Shown here: positions 34,136 to 48,204 of the stretch, in pieces
How positions within the stretch are numbered: position 1 is the stretch's first letter
Layout: the number at the start of each line of letters is the position of its first letter
From: Squalus acanthias
Lineage: Eukaryota
Assembly: GCA_030390025.1 (NCBI GenBank)
Contig: CM059438.1
Span: 69,442,001 to 69,506,000, forward strand
DNA length: 64,000 nt
Reading direction: 5' to 3'
Notes under the pieces: model-generated
The model's database searches: none
What the model was told of the DNA's origin: nothing
The model's input: only the letters and a program-made list of their open reading frames with translations
Position numbers and translations under genes: made by a program

Positions 34136-37100
34136 CTGTAATTCTAGCTACATTTGTCCAACCAACTCAACCAACTCTCTTGATCTGTTCTGTTTGGAGG
34201 TGAGATTTCACAGCTCAAGTGGAACCAGGGAATAACCTGTAAATTTTACACTGGTGTTGTTTAGAGTATCCTGTTTCTACCTGAGGGCCATTCTGGTACT
34301 TGCTAGCAGCCATTTGTGGCCGAAATGCAGTATTGCAGCAGTATTTCATTGAGTGATCTCTTTCATTGCCCGATATCTGCTCCTTTTCTTTTCATCATTT
34401 GCTCCCATCCAGTTCTGAGCGTACAGTTCCAAGAGTGTTGGCTGACCTCCACTATATTACCCAAGTGGCTGATCGTCATATGTGAGACACGACACTATGT
34501 CATGAGGCTTTTTGACCGTGATGGACATTGCAGCTTAGCCTGATCCTGCCCTTTTCTGACAGCCACACATGCGCACTTTCCAGCAGAAGTCATTAGATAG
34601 TGACCAGGAGTGAGAATCTTGATTTTTGCCTTCCAGAGCCCAAGGAGGCCATTTGTAGCACCTGGTCTGCTGCCCCAGATGAAATCAGCTAACTCCACAG
34701 AGTGGAAAGCAAACCTGGGACTTACTGGTCTGTATGGTTTGGCACAGCACCTCATGAAGGCTTTACCCATAAATCCAGCACTGCAGCTGACCAGCTCCTT
34801 TGTAATCAAGCTATTTTTGCTCAGCATTTACATGTTTGGTGGGAGCCTTGTTCATTTACTAACTAATATGTAAGGGGATCATATTGTCTTCTGATAACTT
34901 GTCTTGCTTGAGGCTTTCTGATCTTGAAAATCTACTGAATTGTTCCCCAAACAAACGTAGTACTACTTCACGGACCAGTACATTCCGAAATAAAAATTGC
35001 TACTCTATGTAACCGTCAGCTTGTAGTCATTTATCTGTGATATGCATTAGATTAGTGTTCTCAAAGCTCAAAGTATTCCCATCTGAAATCACTGGAATAG
35101 AAGATTGCGGACTTGTTTTTAATTTTATAAAAGAGAATTGTTGTCATCAGATAATTACTGATGCTGATAAACTGTAATGTAGGAATATAATAGGCTTTAT
35201 GTGCATAACCCACTCATTGGATGGTGCTTTAAGTTCAAGTAACATAGGATGCAGACTCCGAATTGAAGCATATTATTTTCTAAACTGCTTCACGATATCT
35301 GTTATCTTCTCGTGGTCCTGCGGCCTTAACAATTAAGTAGTTTCTACCTGAGAAGAGTTAATAAGCTACAGGAGAAGGTTCCTTAATACGATTTAAATCT
35401 ATTTATTTTGAAGGCTTAGTGAGCTATTTATTCTGCTAATGTACTTTGTGTGGGATGTTCAGTCCATTTTTGATCGGTCCGATTAATACAATGTGCTTCA
35501 GCCAAAAACTCGTAGCTGCTTAAATATTAATCAAAACTGCATTTTTTTTCCTTGTGAATTCTGCTACATCCTTTAATTGGCAATTCTGGTTGCATCTGAA
35601 TAACATACCATTTTGCTTTGCATGCTGGAAGTTTTTTGTCAAAATCTAGTTTAAGTGGCAATCTCAAGAGCCTCTAAAACTTGCCAGCAAACCTTTCGCT
35701 CACCTTGTTTTCATTAATACACCCTAGATGTTAAACAGTGCTGCTTAGAACATCTGCAGTGGTACGCTAGAGTCACATACCAGCAAAACGAGCTGATCAT
35801 AGAATCATAAAGGCAGAAGAAAGCCATTCAGCCCATCGTGCCTGTATGGGTTCTTTCCAATTAGTCCCACTCAACTCCTCTTTCTTCATAGCTCAGCAAA
35901 TGTTTTCCTTTTTAATTATATATACAATTCTTTTTTGACCTTCCAGTTCTACACAAAACCATGTTTCCACCCCCCCCCCCCCCCCAATTACCAGCCTGAA
36001 CTCCACTCTTTCAATGCCCCAAAATCTCCCTTCTTTCCCCATCCCTCCTCTGCCTCCACCACTGACATACATTTGTGTATGGGAACAGTTGGAAAGATGG
36101 CTCCTGTGACTCTTAACTTGCACTTGTTCACAGAGGTAGCCAGTTCTTCCCAGCTAGGACAAGTTCAAATGGCAGTGTCGCCCCGCTGGGATGTTTGGTA
36201 CAGTATTTCAAGCTGTGTTCAGTGTGCAGCCTTGTCATGTTATTTGTATCGAGTCATGCTATTTGTATCTTGTGCTCCCACATGGCTTGCTTGGGACATG
36301 TGATGCAAATAATCCTGGGGAATTCCAGAAGCTAGCAGTTACTATTCTTTCCCTCAGAATGGTCACAGCCTTGCTTAAATGTTTAAATGAACTAATGATG
36401 AATAGAGACCTGCTTTGTTGCCTTGCCCCTCCAGTTTACTTTTTTAAACTATTGATTAATTTATACTGTATTTTCTATTTTCATGTTGTACTCACCCGAT
36501 TTACATGAAATGGCTGTTCAGCAACAAACTTGCTGTTGATTACTACCAGGCAATTGAAAATACGAATATTTTCACTGATAATAGGATAGACCCTCTTTGA
36601 TTGCACATTCTCTCATTTAAAGTTAATTATTGTGGTGTTAAAATTGAGTGCACAAAATTGCTCAGGAATGATGGGTTCATAAATTACTGTGTAAGAGATC
36701 TGATTCTTAAAGATGTTCCTTTCAAGCACCATTGATGGGTCACTGGTGAAATGCACTACCCAGTGTGGTACTGAGCCCTGCAGGAAAGACCAAGGTTCAG
36801 TTCCCGTAGTGCTGGGTCAGTTGTTCAGTGGAAGCAAAGGAGAGGGAAATAAATCAGCCAGCTCCTGACTGCTGCCGAGCCACTCTTACTGGAAAGTCTT
36901 TATTTGTCTGTGTGTGGATGACAAGTGTTGAGATCGGTCTGAGCAGAGTTGCCATCCATGGTCAAATAGCCTACCAATGTTCACCCTCCAGATTCACACA
37001 TGAATAATGGCCCCAGGTGAAATGCCGGAGTGCATCCAATGCCCACAGAGCTACATGAAAGTTAATGCATGTCCCTGCAGGAGAGAGGAGAACATTTGAT

Positions 37101-38312
37101 TAAGCCATCTATTCTGGGGCCATCTGTTTCAAAAATATCCACTTTTCTTTTGCAGCTGAGGCTAACTTTAGGAATGTGCAGTCTGTGTCCGTCCATGCCT
37201 CTCTAGCCCCGAGTGCCTGATGATCACAGAACTGCAAATAGTGGTGAACAACGGCATGAAAGTGGAGTGCCTTAACAGCAGTATCACCAGCGTGACACTC
37301 GTTTAAAGAGTGGGTTTCCAAATCTCCAGAGTACCTTTAATTTTCTGATTAATGTTGGGGGTCCTGTTGCTTTGAACTGCAAAGCCAACAGATTGATTGG
37401 CAGAGTATCACAGCATTCTCTGTAAATTCTATGTTGGAATCGTCATTAAAAGATTGCCTGCTTGTGAAACCGGAAGCAATTTGAATTGGAAAATCCTGGT
37501 TTATAATTTCAACAAATCTCCTAATTAGTAAGGACTTTTGCTAAAAGCAACTTAGCTGCTAATGATATGCAGCTGATGTCATTTTGCATTGCATTAGTTT
37601 AAATAATAGCTCGAACAGTCTTATTTAATTTGGTGAAATCAGCCAGCATCTAATTTAAACAGTGTGCTTAGAAAGTTTCAGTTTTTACAGTCAGAAATGC
37701 TTTCTGAAGAATTCACAGGATTCCTCCTCCCCTCAACCTCGGGTCATAGATTTGAGTGATTGTCACTCCCAATGAGTGGCACTGGGCTGGTCATGGCTGA
37801 AAAGTAGAATCAGACCAAAGCCCAGAAGTAGGTTGCCTGTCTACTGTCCAAGCTGGAGGATAGTATATTAGGAAGTAAGTAAAGGAACCAAGAGTAGAAA
37901 AGCCACAATGGTTCAGGTGAGACCATTCAACACATCTGCAGCTCTGAATACAGATTAACAGTTGCTTAAATATCCATTTTACACGAGCTGATGTAATGTG
38001 TTGCAGAAGGTGAAAGGATGTTGTATTGACAGAAATAAAGCTTAAATGTTGTACTCTTCATTTGTAGAGTCTTGAGTAACTTTTACGTTTATGCCATGGG
38101 CCCAGTAGAATGGCTCTGAGACAGAGCCCAGTGAGCTCTGAGCATTGGCCTCCCCTTTTCATCACACCTGTATGCTGCTGGATTCTGTTTGAGAGAATGA
38201 ATAGAAAGAGGCCTACATTCTCTGCTCCTCCAATCTCCTTTTCTAGCACCTGTAAAAGCTTTTTACTTCCTGTACTGCTAGCAATAGGAGTACCGCATGC
38301 TTCATCCCAACG

Positions 38313-39171
38313 GCGATTTAGACAAGTTGAGTGAGTGGGCAAATACATGGCAGATGCAGTATAACGTGGATAAATGTGAAGTTATCCACTTCGGTAGGAA
38401 AAACAGAAAGGCAGAGTATTATTTAAATGGTGATAGATTGGGAAATGTTGCTGTACAAAGGGACCTGGGTGTCCTTGTACACCAGTCACTGAAAGCAAAC
38501 ATGCAGGTGCAGCAAGCAGTTAGGAAGGCAAATGGTATGTTGGCCTTCATTGCAAGAGGATTTGAGTACAGGAGCAAGGATGTCTTACTACAGTTATACA
38601 GGGCCTTGGTGAGACCACACCTGGAGTACTGTGTGCAGTTTTGGTCTCCTTACCTAAGAAAGGATATACTTGCCATAGAGGGAGTGCAGCAAAGGTTCAC
38701 CAGACTGATTCCTGGGATGGCAGGACTGTTGTATGAGGAGAGATTGGGTCGACTAGGCCTGTATTCACTAGAGTTTAGAAGAATGAGAGGGGATCTCATT
38801 GAAACTTATAAAATTCTGACAGGGCTAGACAGACTGGATGCAGGGAGGATGTTTCCCCTGGCTGGGGGGTCCAGAACGAGGGGTCACAGTCTCAGGATAC
38901 GGGGTAGGACATTTAGGACTGAGATGAGGAGAAATTTCTTAACTCAGAGGGTGGTGAACCTGTGGAATTCTCTACCACAGAAGGCTGTTGAAGCCAAGTC
39001 ACTGAATATATTTAAGAAGGAGATAGATAGATTTCTGGATGCAAAAGGCATCTAGGGGTATGGGTAGAGAGCGATATTATGGTATTGAGATAGAGGATCA
39101 GACATGATCATATTGAATGGCGGAGAAGGGCCGAATGGCCTACTCCTGCTCCTATTTTTCTATGTTTCTAT
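38313..39171 (+). mobile_element. CR1 3' fragment, well preserved
   Basis: Open ORF2 C-terminus to 39055 (RPHLEYCVQFWSP, WNSLP); TTCTATG tail. Confidence 0.92.
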
Positions 39172-40104
39172 GGCACACTATCAATGTGAAAGCATAAACT
39201 CCTTCAGAGGTGAGCTTTTTTAGGTCATCTGCGACAAGGTGGGAAAACTTGCCAGCCTCTTAAAACACATCCCCACTTTCATTTCTCAGTGAGTCATCCC
39301 AAAGATACATAAACAGTATTTCCAGAGGTATCTATAAGTGAGAATGGCCCACCATCTCCAGAAGAGGGGAGCACAGATATAAAGGTGTGATCAACAGAGG
39401 GGAAAAGAATCAAAATGGAAGACAGTTTTATTTCATTTGTAAGGTACGTAGAGGGAGAGTGGGAATGGGAAACACTGAAGTGAAAATTGTCCTTTAGCTA
39501 CTCGTGTATTTTTAACCAGTACCCACAAATAGTCCCTCTCTGATTAATATGTAATAAAAAGATATTCAGATTCAAATAGGTCAAATTGTGCCAAAATTCT
39601 GATTTCTCTCCCTCAAATTTCTGATTTTAATGCTCATCCCTATTGAATAGCTCCTTAATTACAGTAATTAAACCTATAATTAAGGTCCTGAATATAATTC
39701 TCTTCAGATGAAAACATTAAAATCAACCTTTTTGATAATCCACTTAATCCTTTAATTCCTTGATAACCTATTTGTCACATTTATCTTTCATAACTTTCTG
39801 TATAAGTTTTATTCAAGTATTTCACAGCTAGCTATTATGAATGGAGGTAAACTCACCCCGGGTCTTAGTAAGTAAATGCACGGCATGGTGTGCGACTGAG
39901 GTTTGATGAACAAGAATTGTCAGGTTTGGTCTTTGCTCTGCGTCAGTCAGTTGATCTCGACCAGAGCCGCTGTTAAGATGTCACAGTTGGCCTCAGCAAC
40001 CATGGGCTGGGGTGTAGGGGAGGAACATCAATCAAGATTCCTTATCCTGATTGCTGTGCAGTGATCCTGGGCTAAAAAACAGGTCATTTAAAAAAAAAAC
40101 AGAG

Positions 40105-43100
40105 ACCGAGATAATGCGGATAAATACAGGGCAGATCGCGTAACATCTGCTGGAGGGAAAATTTTAAAGTCTTTAATTAAGGATGAATTTACCACTTATC
40201 TAGATAAAGAGAAAATAGTTAGAAGTAGCCAGTACGGATTTCTAAAGGGACGGTTGTGCTCGACAAACCTCATAGAGTTCTTTCAGGAGGCAACAGACAT
40301 GGTAGATGGGGAAATGCAGTAGATGCAGTGTCCAAGGTACCACATGGGAGATTACTAAATAAGATTAAGGGGAAGATAGCAAACTGGATTAAAATTTGCA
40401 CAGAAGGGAGAAAACCAAGAGTAGGAGATGAGGGTAGTTTTCCAGAGTGGTTGGAAGTGAGTAATGGTGTCCCTCAGGGCTCAGTCCTGGGGCCAACTGT
40501 GTTTGTGTTTATCAATGATTTGGATATAAGCCGTAGATGGGGTGCTGTAGAATTTTGCAGATGATACAAAATGGTTATTTTTTTTTTAGAAGACGAAAAG
40601 AAACTGCAAATGGATATTGATAAAATGGGGGGGGAATGGGCTAGAGACGGTCACATGGAATTCAATATCAATAACTGTGAGGTACTACATTTTTGTAAAA
40701 AAAAAAATAACAAGGGTAATTATATTCTGAATTGAAGTAGGCTCAGTGTTTTCGAAGAGCAGAGGGACTTGGGGATTCAGGTTCACAGAACATTAAAGGC
40801 AGCACCTCGGGTTGATAAGGCTGTAAAAAAGTCTAATAGAATTCTAGGTTTTATCTCGAGAGATATAAAAGCCATGGGGTAATTATGAGTCTGTATAAAG
40901 CTTAATAAGACTTCAGTTAGAGTACTGTGTGCAGTATTGTGCTCCACGCTATAGGAAAGATACCGAGGCTTCAGAGAGGGTACAGCGCATATTCACTAGG
41001 ATGTTGACTGGTATGAGGAAATATAAATATGAAGAAAGACTTAAAAAGTTGGGACTTGTATTGTTAGAACAACACAGATTACGGGACCGGAATTTTCCTG
41101 GTGGGGGGGGGGGGGGGGGGGGTCAGTGGGTGGGATGGTAGTGGGTTGGGTGGGAAATTTGATATTTTTGACAGCGGGCCGGAACCCGCAATCAACTCGC
41201 TCCCACGCACCTTTCCCAATGTCGGGTCTGTCAGCGCGAGCAGACCCGACAGGCAGCGGCGGGCAACCCAATTCGGGTAGTTAGTGGCTTGTTTAGAGCC
41301 ACTTAAGAATGATTTTCAACTTACCTTTTGCATTTGACAGCTCGCCCACGGGGTCCACGCTGGTCGTGGACCACATCTGTCAAGCTGAGGCAGGAGTTCA
41401 GTGGCCATTGAATCAGCTGTTGACAGCTTCAAATGTACAGTAAAAGCTCCCACCTTACAGGGATATCTTCCCTCAGCCACAAGCTCTTCCTCACTGCATT
41501 TCCACAACAGATTCACCATACTGCAATTCTTTACACAAGTTTCCATCCAGTCTGACCTCGTTACCTCTCTCACCATTGACAGATTGCTTCTGTCATCTCT
41601 ACTTCACCTGCCATCTATTCCATCAGCATCGGTGCCCTTTGTACTCTCTCACCTTGGTCCTCAGAATCCCACCACGATCAGCCCCAACACCAGCAGCACC
41701 AGGCACACCAGCAGCACCAACAACAACACCAAGCTTCTCCGCAATCAACTGATGCTGCACAGGACAGCGGGCACCAGCACCTGACCACATTGCTGCCTGG
41801 GAGTCCAGGGATGGCCTCACCATGGCCAGATATACTTCACTTGACACCCTGGCTGCCACATGATGCGCCAGGTTGGCACCACCCCACACCAACACCATAA
41901 AACATCCCAACAATGCCAAGCCATTCCTTTCACACTCATGACCATTGCAAGGGGTACCGTTATGTTTCACCGTTCAATGCAACTCACTAAGCCACTTCCA
42001 AAGGTCCACACAAATCTGTCCAAGAACGCAAAGTGTTGAAAATAAAGGTTTCAATGTTTGACACCACATTAACAGGAACTTTTCAGGAACATTGGATAAA
42101 ACACCCAATGCCTACCCTTGTGTGTTGTTAGTTGGTATGATTGTACTAGGATGAGGGTGAGTATGAGGGGTGGCTAGTGAGATGGGGATGTGATAATGTA
42201 GATAGAGAGAGAGGGATGGGTGGACGTGCAAGGTAAGTTGGTGTGAGTAAGGATGTGCAGGGGTAGGTTAGGGAAGGTAGAGCGATGGCGATGTGACGAG
42301 AGGCACAGCAGGATGAAGGTGAGTGTAGCTTTGTAATAATGTTTCACGATCTAATGAGATCATTGAAAGGTTTCTGCCACTGCACCCAGGTCCTCCTGAT
42401 GACATCCCTGCTTGTGCGCTCCTGTCCAATATGCAACCAAGCTGTGTTGCTGTCCTGGGGAGGTCTCTTCCGCTAATGGGAAGTGAAGAGGACCTCCCTG
42501 CGTGCTGTGACTCCCTCCATAAGCATATAGAGGGAGTCATGGGAGAGCCTGGGTGCAGCCCTGTGCCTTTGTGCAGTCATTGTCAGTGTTTGCAGCACTC
42601 CAATGCTGTAGAACACTGACAGCACAGATGTCAAAATAAATTTGGACATGCTCCCTTTAAGGAAACCGGCTGATGATGCGTCATCAAATGGCATCACCAG
42701 ACCCGCTTCCTCTAATTGGCCGGGAAATTAATTTCAGACAGCGGGATGGAGCCAGCAGCGGGGTCGGGACCCGCCACCGACGTTGCCCACCATGGACCCG
42801 CTGAGGTTAGCAAAATCCCAGCCACTGTTTCTTGAAATTGCGGAAGATAATTTAGGGTAGTTGAGCAACGGATTGTTTCCAGTAAGTGGGGGGTTAAGAA
42901 TGAAGGGCCATAGATGAAGATTTAAATGTAAGAGATTTAGAACAGAGAGCAGGAGAAACATCTTCACTCAGAGTTATGAAGATGTGGAATTGATTTCCAG
43001 AGTTAGTGGTTGAGGCAGAAACTATGACAACATTCAGGATTAGATTAGATAAGTAAATGAAGGAAAAGGGGTTGAATGGATATGGGAACAAGGCGGGTAA

Positions 43101-43201
43101 ATGTGATTAGGATTATTTGCTCATGTGAAGGATAAATGATGACATGGACTGGTTGGGTCGAATGGCCTTTTTCCGAATTGTAACTTCCATGTATTTCTAT
43201 G
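40105..43201 (+). mobile_element. Old CR1 fragment interrupted at ~41083-42823
   Basis: Decayed RT motifs ([10 protein letters not shown]) before the insert and CR1 3' end after it. Confidence 0.75.
41083..42823. mobile_element. Harbinger deletion derivative (family C) with Myb/SANT remnant on - strand
   Basis: G-rich...AATTTT termini; - strand reads RAAPRLSHDSLYMLMEGVTARREVLF; colinear with 58867-60595. Confidence 0.75.
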
Positions 43202-43549
43202 CATTTTATATTTATTAGGAGAAAGCAGCAATAAGGCATATCTGAAAGCACAAGTGTGTGGTTGTTGATTGAGAACAGAATCAAGCTGGTCTGTGATGCC
43301 TTTGATCAATAAATAACCTGCTGACTTTTACCATGCCAACTCGTGCCTGAAGAATAACCAATTAGGCCAGATACTATTGGGGTACAGCTGACTATAGAGC
43401 TGTGATCCATGTAGCACCTTTGGGAGAATAGTAGGGAAAATGGGATCAAAAATAGAAAGGGAAGCAGATCTTTTACCATTAGATTGAGAAATCAGTCCTC
43501 TTTTAATGAGAAAATATGAAGAATACATTAAGCATCCTAGCCTAAAACT

Positions 43550-43859
43550 TCACAGAATCCCCACAGTGCAGATAGAGGCCATTTCGGCCCATCGAGCCTG
43601 CACCGACACATATCCCACCCTATCCCCGTAACCCCACGTATTTAATCCCCCTAACACTAAGGGTCAATTTATCATAGCCAAATCAACCTAACCCGCACAT
43701 CTTTGGACTGTGGGAGGAAATCGGAGCACCCGGAGGAAACCCACGCAGACACGGGGAGAATGTGCAAACTCCACACAGACAGTCACCCGAGGCCGGATTC
43801 GAATCCGGGTCCCTGGCGCTGTGAGGCAACAGTGCTAACCACTATGCCACCGTGTTGCC
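43550..43859 (-). mobile_element. HE1-like V-SINE (tRNA head, V core, CR1-like tail)
   Basis: V-domain GGAGCACCCGGAGGAAACCCACGCAGACACGGGGAGAATGTGCAAACTCC; tRNA A/B boxes on - strand. Confidence 0.85.
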
Positions 43860-44141
43860 TGTACTGGTTGTGAATTACACTGTAGAATTCTGTATTATCA
43901 GTTTGAAGATGGTGACTGAAGCAGACTTGGAACCAAGATTAGACACCACTTCCCTTCTAGAAATGATTTAAAAGCTGTATGTGATAGAGCACAGGAGACA
44001 TTTATAGGCATTTTTGTAGTTCTGGAAACAACAACAACTTATATTTATATAGTGCATTTAATCAGGACAGATAACCAAAAGCTTGATCAAAGAGGTTGGT
44101 TTTCAGGAGCATCTTAAAAGATGAAAGAGGCGGAGAGGTTT

Positions 44142-45785
44142 TTTTTATTTGTTCTGGGATGTGGGCGTCGCTGGCAAGGCCAGCATTTATTGCCAATCCC
44201 TAATTGCCCTTGAGAAGGTGGTAGTGAGCCTCCTTCTTGAACCGCTGCAGTCTCTGTGGTGAAGGAACTCCCACAGTGCTGTTAGGGAGGGAGTTCTAGG
44301 ATTTTGACCCAGCGACGATGAAGGATTGGCGATATATTTCCAAATCAGGATGGTGTGCAACTTGGAGGGCAGCTTGCAGGTGATGGTGTTCCCATGCGCC
44401 TGCTGCCCTTGTCCTTCTAGGTGGTAGAGGTCACGGGTTTGGGAGATGCTGCTGAAGAAGCCTTGGAGAGTTGCTGCAGTGCATCTTGTAGATGGTACAC
44501 ACTGCAGCCACGGTACGCTGGTGGTGGAGGGAGTGAATGTTTAAGGTGGTGGATGGGGTGCCAATCAAGCGGGCTGCTTTGTCCTGGATGGTGTTGAGCT
44601 TCTTGAGTGTTGTTGGAGCTGCACTCATCCAGGCAAGTGGAGAGTATTCCATCACACTCCTGACTTGCGCCTTGTAGATGGTGGAAAGGCTTTGGGGAGT
44701 CAGGAGATGAGACACTTGCCGCATAATACCCAACCTGTGACCCGCTCTTGTTGCCACAGTATTTATGTGGTAGGTCCAGTTAAGTTTCTGTGACTCCCAG
44801 GATGTTGATGGTGGGGGATTCAGTGATGGTAATGCCATTGAATGTCAAGGGGAGGTGGTTGGACTCTCGCTTGTTGGAGATAGTCATTGCCTGACACTTG
44901 TGTGGCGTGAATGTTACTTGCCACTTAGCAGCCCAAGCCTGAATGTCGTCCAGGTCTTGCTGCATGTGGGCATGGACTGCTTCATTATCTGAGGAGTTGT
45001 GAATGGAATTGAACACTCTGCAATCATCAGTGAACATCCCCACTTCTGACCTTATGATGTCGGGAAGGTCATTGATGAAGCAGCTGAAGATGGCTGGGCC
45101 TAGGACACTGCCCTGAGGAACTCCTGCAGCGATGTCCGGGGCTGAGATGATTGACCTCCAACCACCACAACCATCTTCCTTTGTGCTAGGTATGACTCCA
45201 GCCAGGGGAGAGTTTTCCCCCTGATTCCAATTGACTTCAATTTCACTAGGGCTCCTTGACGCCACACTTGGTCAAATGCTGCCTTGATGTCAAGGGCAGT
45301 CACTCTCACCTCACCTCTGGAATTCAGCTCTTTTATGTCTATGTTTGGACCAAGGCTGTAATGATGTCTGGAGCTGAGTGGTCTTGGTGGAACCCAAACT
45401 GAGCATCGGTGAAAAGGTTATTGGTGACTAAGTGCCGCTTGATAGCACTGTCCATCACTTTGCTGATGATTGAGAGTAGACTGATGGGGTGGCAATTGGC
45501 CGGATTGGATTTGTCCTGCTTTTTGTGGACAGGACATACCTGGGCAGTTTTCCACATTGTCGGGTAGATGTTAGTGTTGTAGCTGTACTAGAACAGTTTG
45601 GCTAGAGGCATGGCTAGTTCTGGAGCACAAGTCTTCAGCACGACAGCCGGATGTTGTCAGGGCCCATAGCCTTTGCTATATCCAGTGCGCTCATCCATTT
45701 CTTGATATCACGTGGAGTGAATCGAATTGGCTGAAGACTGGCTTCTGTGATGGTGGGGACCTCAGGAGGAGGCCAATATGGATCA
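44142..45785 (-). mobile_element. Second-family LINE, RT and 3' end
   Basis: [40 protein letters not shown]; frameshifted. Confidence 0.88.
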
Positions 45786-46308
45786 TATGGAAAAAGACCC
45801 GTTAATTCCAACTCTTTGCTTCCTGTCTGCCAACCAGTTTTCTATCCAAATCAGTACCTCACCGCCAATCCCATGTGCTTTAACTTTGCACGCTAATCTC
45901 TTATGCGGGACCTTATCGAAAGCCTTCTGAAAGTCCAAATACACCACATCCACTGGTTCTCCCTTATCTATTCTACCAGTTACATCCTCAAAAAATTCCA
46001 GTAGATTAGTCAGGCATGATTTCCCTTTTGTAAATCCATGTTGACTTTGTCCGATCCTGTCACTGTTTTCCAAGTGCTCAGCTATTACATCTTTTATAAT
46101 GGACTCTAGCATTTTGCCCACTACCGATGTCAGGCTTACCGGTCTATAATTCCCCGTTTTTTCTCTATCACCTTTTTTAAACAGTGGGGTTACATTAGCT
46201 ACCCTGCAATCCATGGGAACTGTTCCAGAGTCTATAGAATTCTGAAAGATGACCAGCAATGCATCTACTATTTCTAGGGCCACTTCCTTAAGTACCCTAG
46301 GATGTAGC
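45786..46308 (-). mobile_element. Internal CR1 RT fragment without tail
   Basis: LHPRVLKE...[13 protein letters not shown]...DFQKAFDKVPH. Confidence 0.88.
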
Positions 46309-46530
46309 AGATTTTCTTCCCTGAGGGACATTAGTGAAGCAGATGGGCTTTTACGACAATCTGATAGTTTCATGGTCACCATGACTGATGCTAGCTTTTT
46401 ATTCCAGATTTATTTAATTAACTGAATTTAAATTCCACCGCTGCCATGGTGGGTTCTGAGCTCACGTCTCAGGATCGTTAGTCCAGGCCTCAGGATTACT
46501 CGTCCAGTAACATAACCACTATGCTACCGT
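46305..46530 (-). mobile_element. 5' half of a tRNA-head-like SINE
   Basis: Matches 56040-56249 of the complete copy at 55858-56249. Confidence 0.7.
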
Positions 46531-48204
46531 TTCCATCAAGGGCGAGAAATCCAGAGCTTCGGGCCAAGGCAACTGAAAGCACGGCCGCCAATGGTGGAGC
46601 AATGAAAATCCGGGGGTGGGCAGGAGGCCAGAATTGGAAGAGCGCAGAGATCTCATTTTCTATTAGGGAGCTGCTACAGTTTAGCATATTTAATCACTTT
46701 TGATAAATTGGCTGATGAACTGAAGAAACTTACAAAAATAAGTGTTTCAAGAATAATTCATTTAGCAAATATTCCCTCTTTTTAAAGGGGACTAAATTGG
46801 CCCCTGCCTGCGTTCACCATGGACTTTGGATATGTCAGTCTCACTCAGTTGGTAGCACTTTCACCCTGGTCGACAGGTGCAGAGGATTGTGATTAATGTT
46901 AATATCCTTTTTTATTCCGCCCATTTCAGAAGACAATTCTTAACTGTTTTTGTTTAACCAGCCAGTGGCCATATCTTGGAGGTATGTCTGAGGCCAAAAG
47001 TTTGTAGGAGCTAATTTAATAGCTGCAGTGGGTACTCAATCATCCTTGTGACTGTGTCTCTGCTAATGATAATTCAGTATTCCTGAGTTGCAAGTTGAAA
47101 TCCATGACTCTTTAAGCCAATACCTCTGATGGTATTGACATTGCTACTCGCTGTTGGAAAAAAAACTTGATGGAATGAAAGGATGCTGATCCAATTCTCT
47201 GCCAACTTTCCCTAATGGTGATATGTGTTCTTAACATGAAAAACTATTTTTGGGAATAATGACAATTGGGACCAAGAAAAATAGGCATGTGCAGGGTTGA
47301 CTGGCTTAATATTGCTAATGAGGTAGAGTAGAATTGAGAACCTGAAGAAGTAATTATCTGGCTCAAAGGTAAGTAAAAAGAAGCATTTGACTTTGTCTAG
47401 CATTTTATCACATGGTTGAAACATCTTGAAGCACTCTAGCAATGAATTTCTTTTACTTAGTAGTGACTTTTTTTGCAGGCAAGTGCATCAGGCGCTCTGA
47501 TCCTGTAATGTCCCATGAACAACAATAAGGGTTAGTTATTCTGTTCTCTTTTGGTGCTGTTGGGTGAGGAAAGAATGTTGGCCTGAACACCAGGATATCT
47601 CCCTGTTCTTCATACAGTATGGTGGGATCTTTCATTCAAACAGGACAGGTTAATGGGACTTCAGTTTAACATCTGAACCATAGGATGGCACCTCTGACAA
47701 TGCAGCACTCCCTTTGTACTGCACTGGAGTGTCAGCTGAGATTATGTGTTGAGGAGCCCATAAATGTGTGACTTGGATCCACAAAACTCTAACGCAGCAA
47801 TGAGATTGATACCAGTTGATGCAATACAACACTAGTCGAGTAATTGGCTGAGTGTTGCTCTCAAAATTGTAATTCTGCTTTAAGTGGTTGTTATCCAGAG
47901 GTGCAACTGTATACGCAACACACTAAGGCTGACTAACTTACTGATGATAATTTGCAGAGATTCAGGTGCTGTGTCTCGACTCAAGACAGTTGCATCTACT
48001 GTGGGTTTGTATTTGGCGCAGTTCCATTGGGAGTCGATGAAAAGACCTGTAGTCCAGATGAGACTCTCACTCTTTATACTGATAAAGGGATGCATGCGGT
48101 TGAGAAGCTTATGCAAATGTTAAAATCAGTAGGCAGGGGAGTGGTGAATTGAAAATGGTTCTCTTGAAGGCTTTTACTTCTGTATTCAGAATCTTTTTAA
48201 GATC

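Larger units (their letters stand above)
44027..46654 (-). mobile_element. L2 3' fragment (44027-44141 + 46539-46654) split by a composite insert
   Basis: Halves join as GGCGGAGAGGTTT|AGGG..G..A.TCCAGAGCTT, matching the reverse complement of the intact L2 tail at 23794-24124. Confidence 0.65.
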
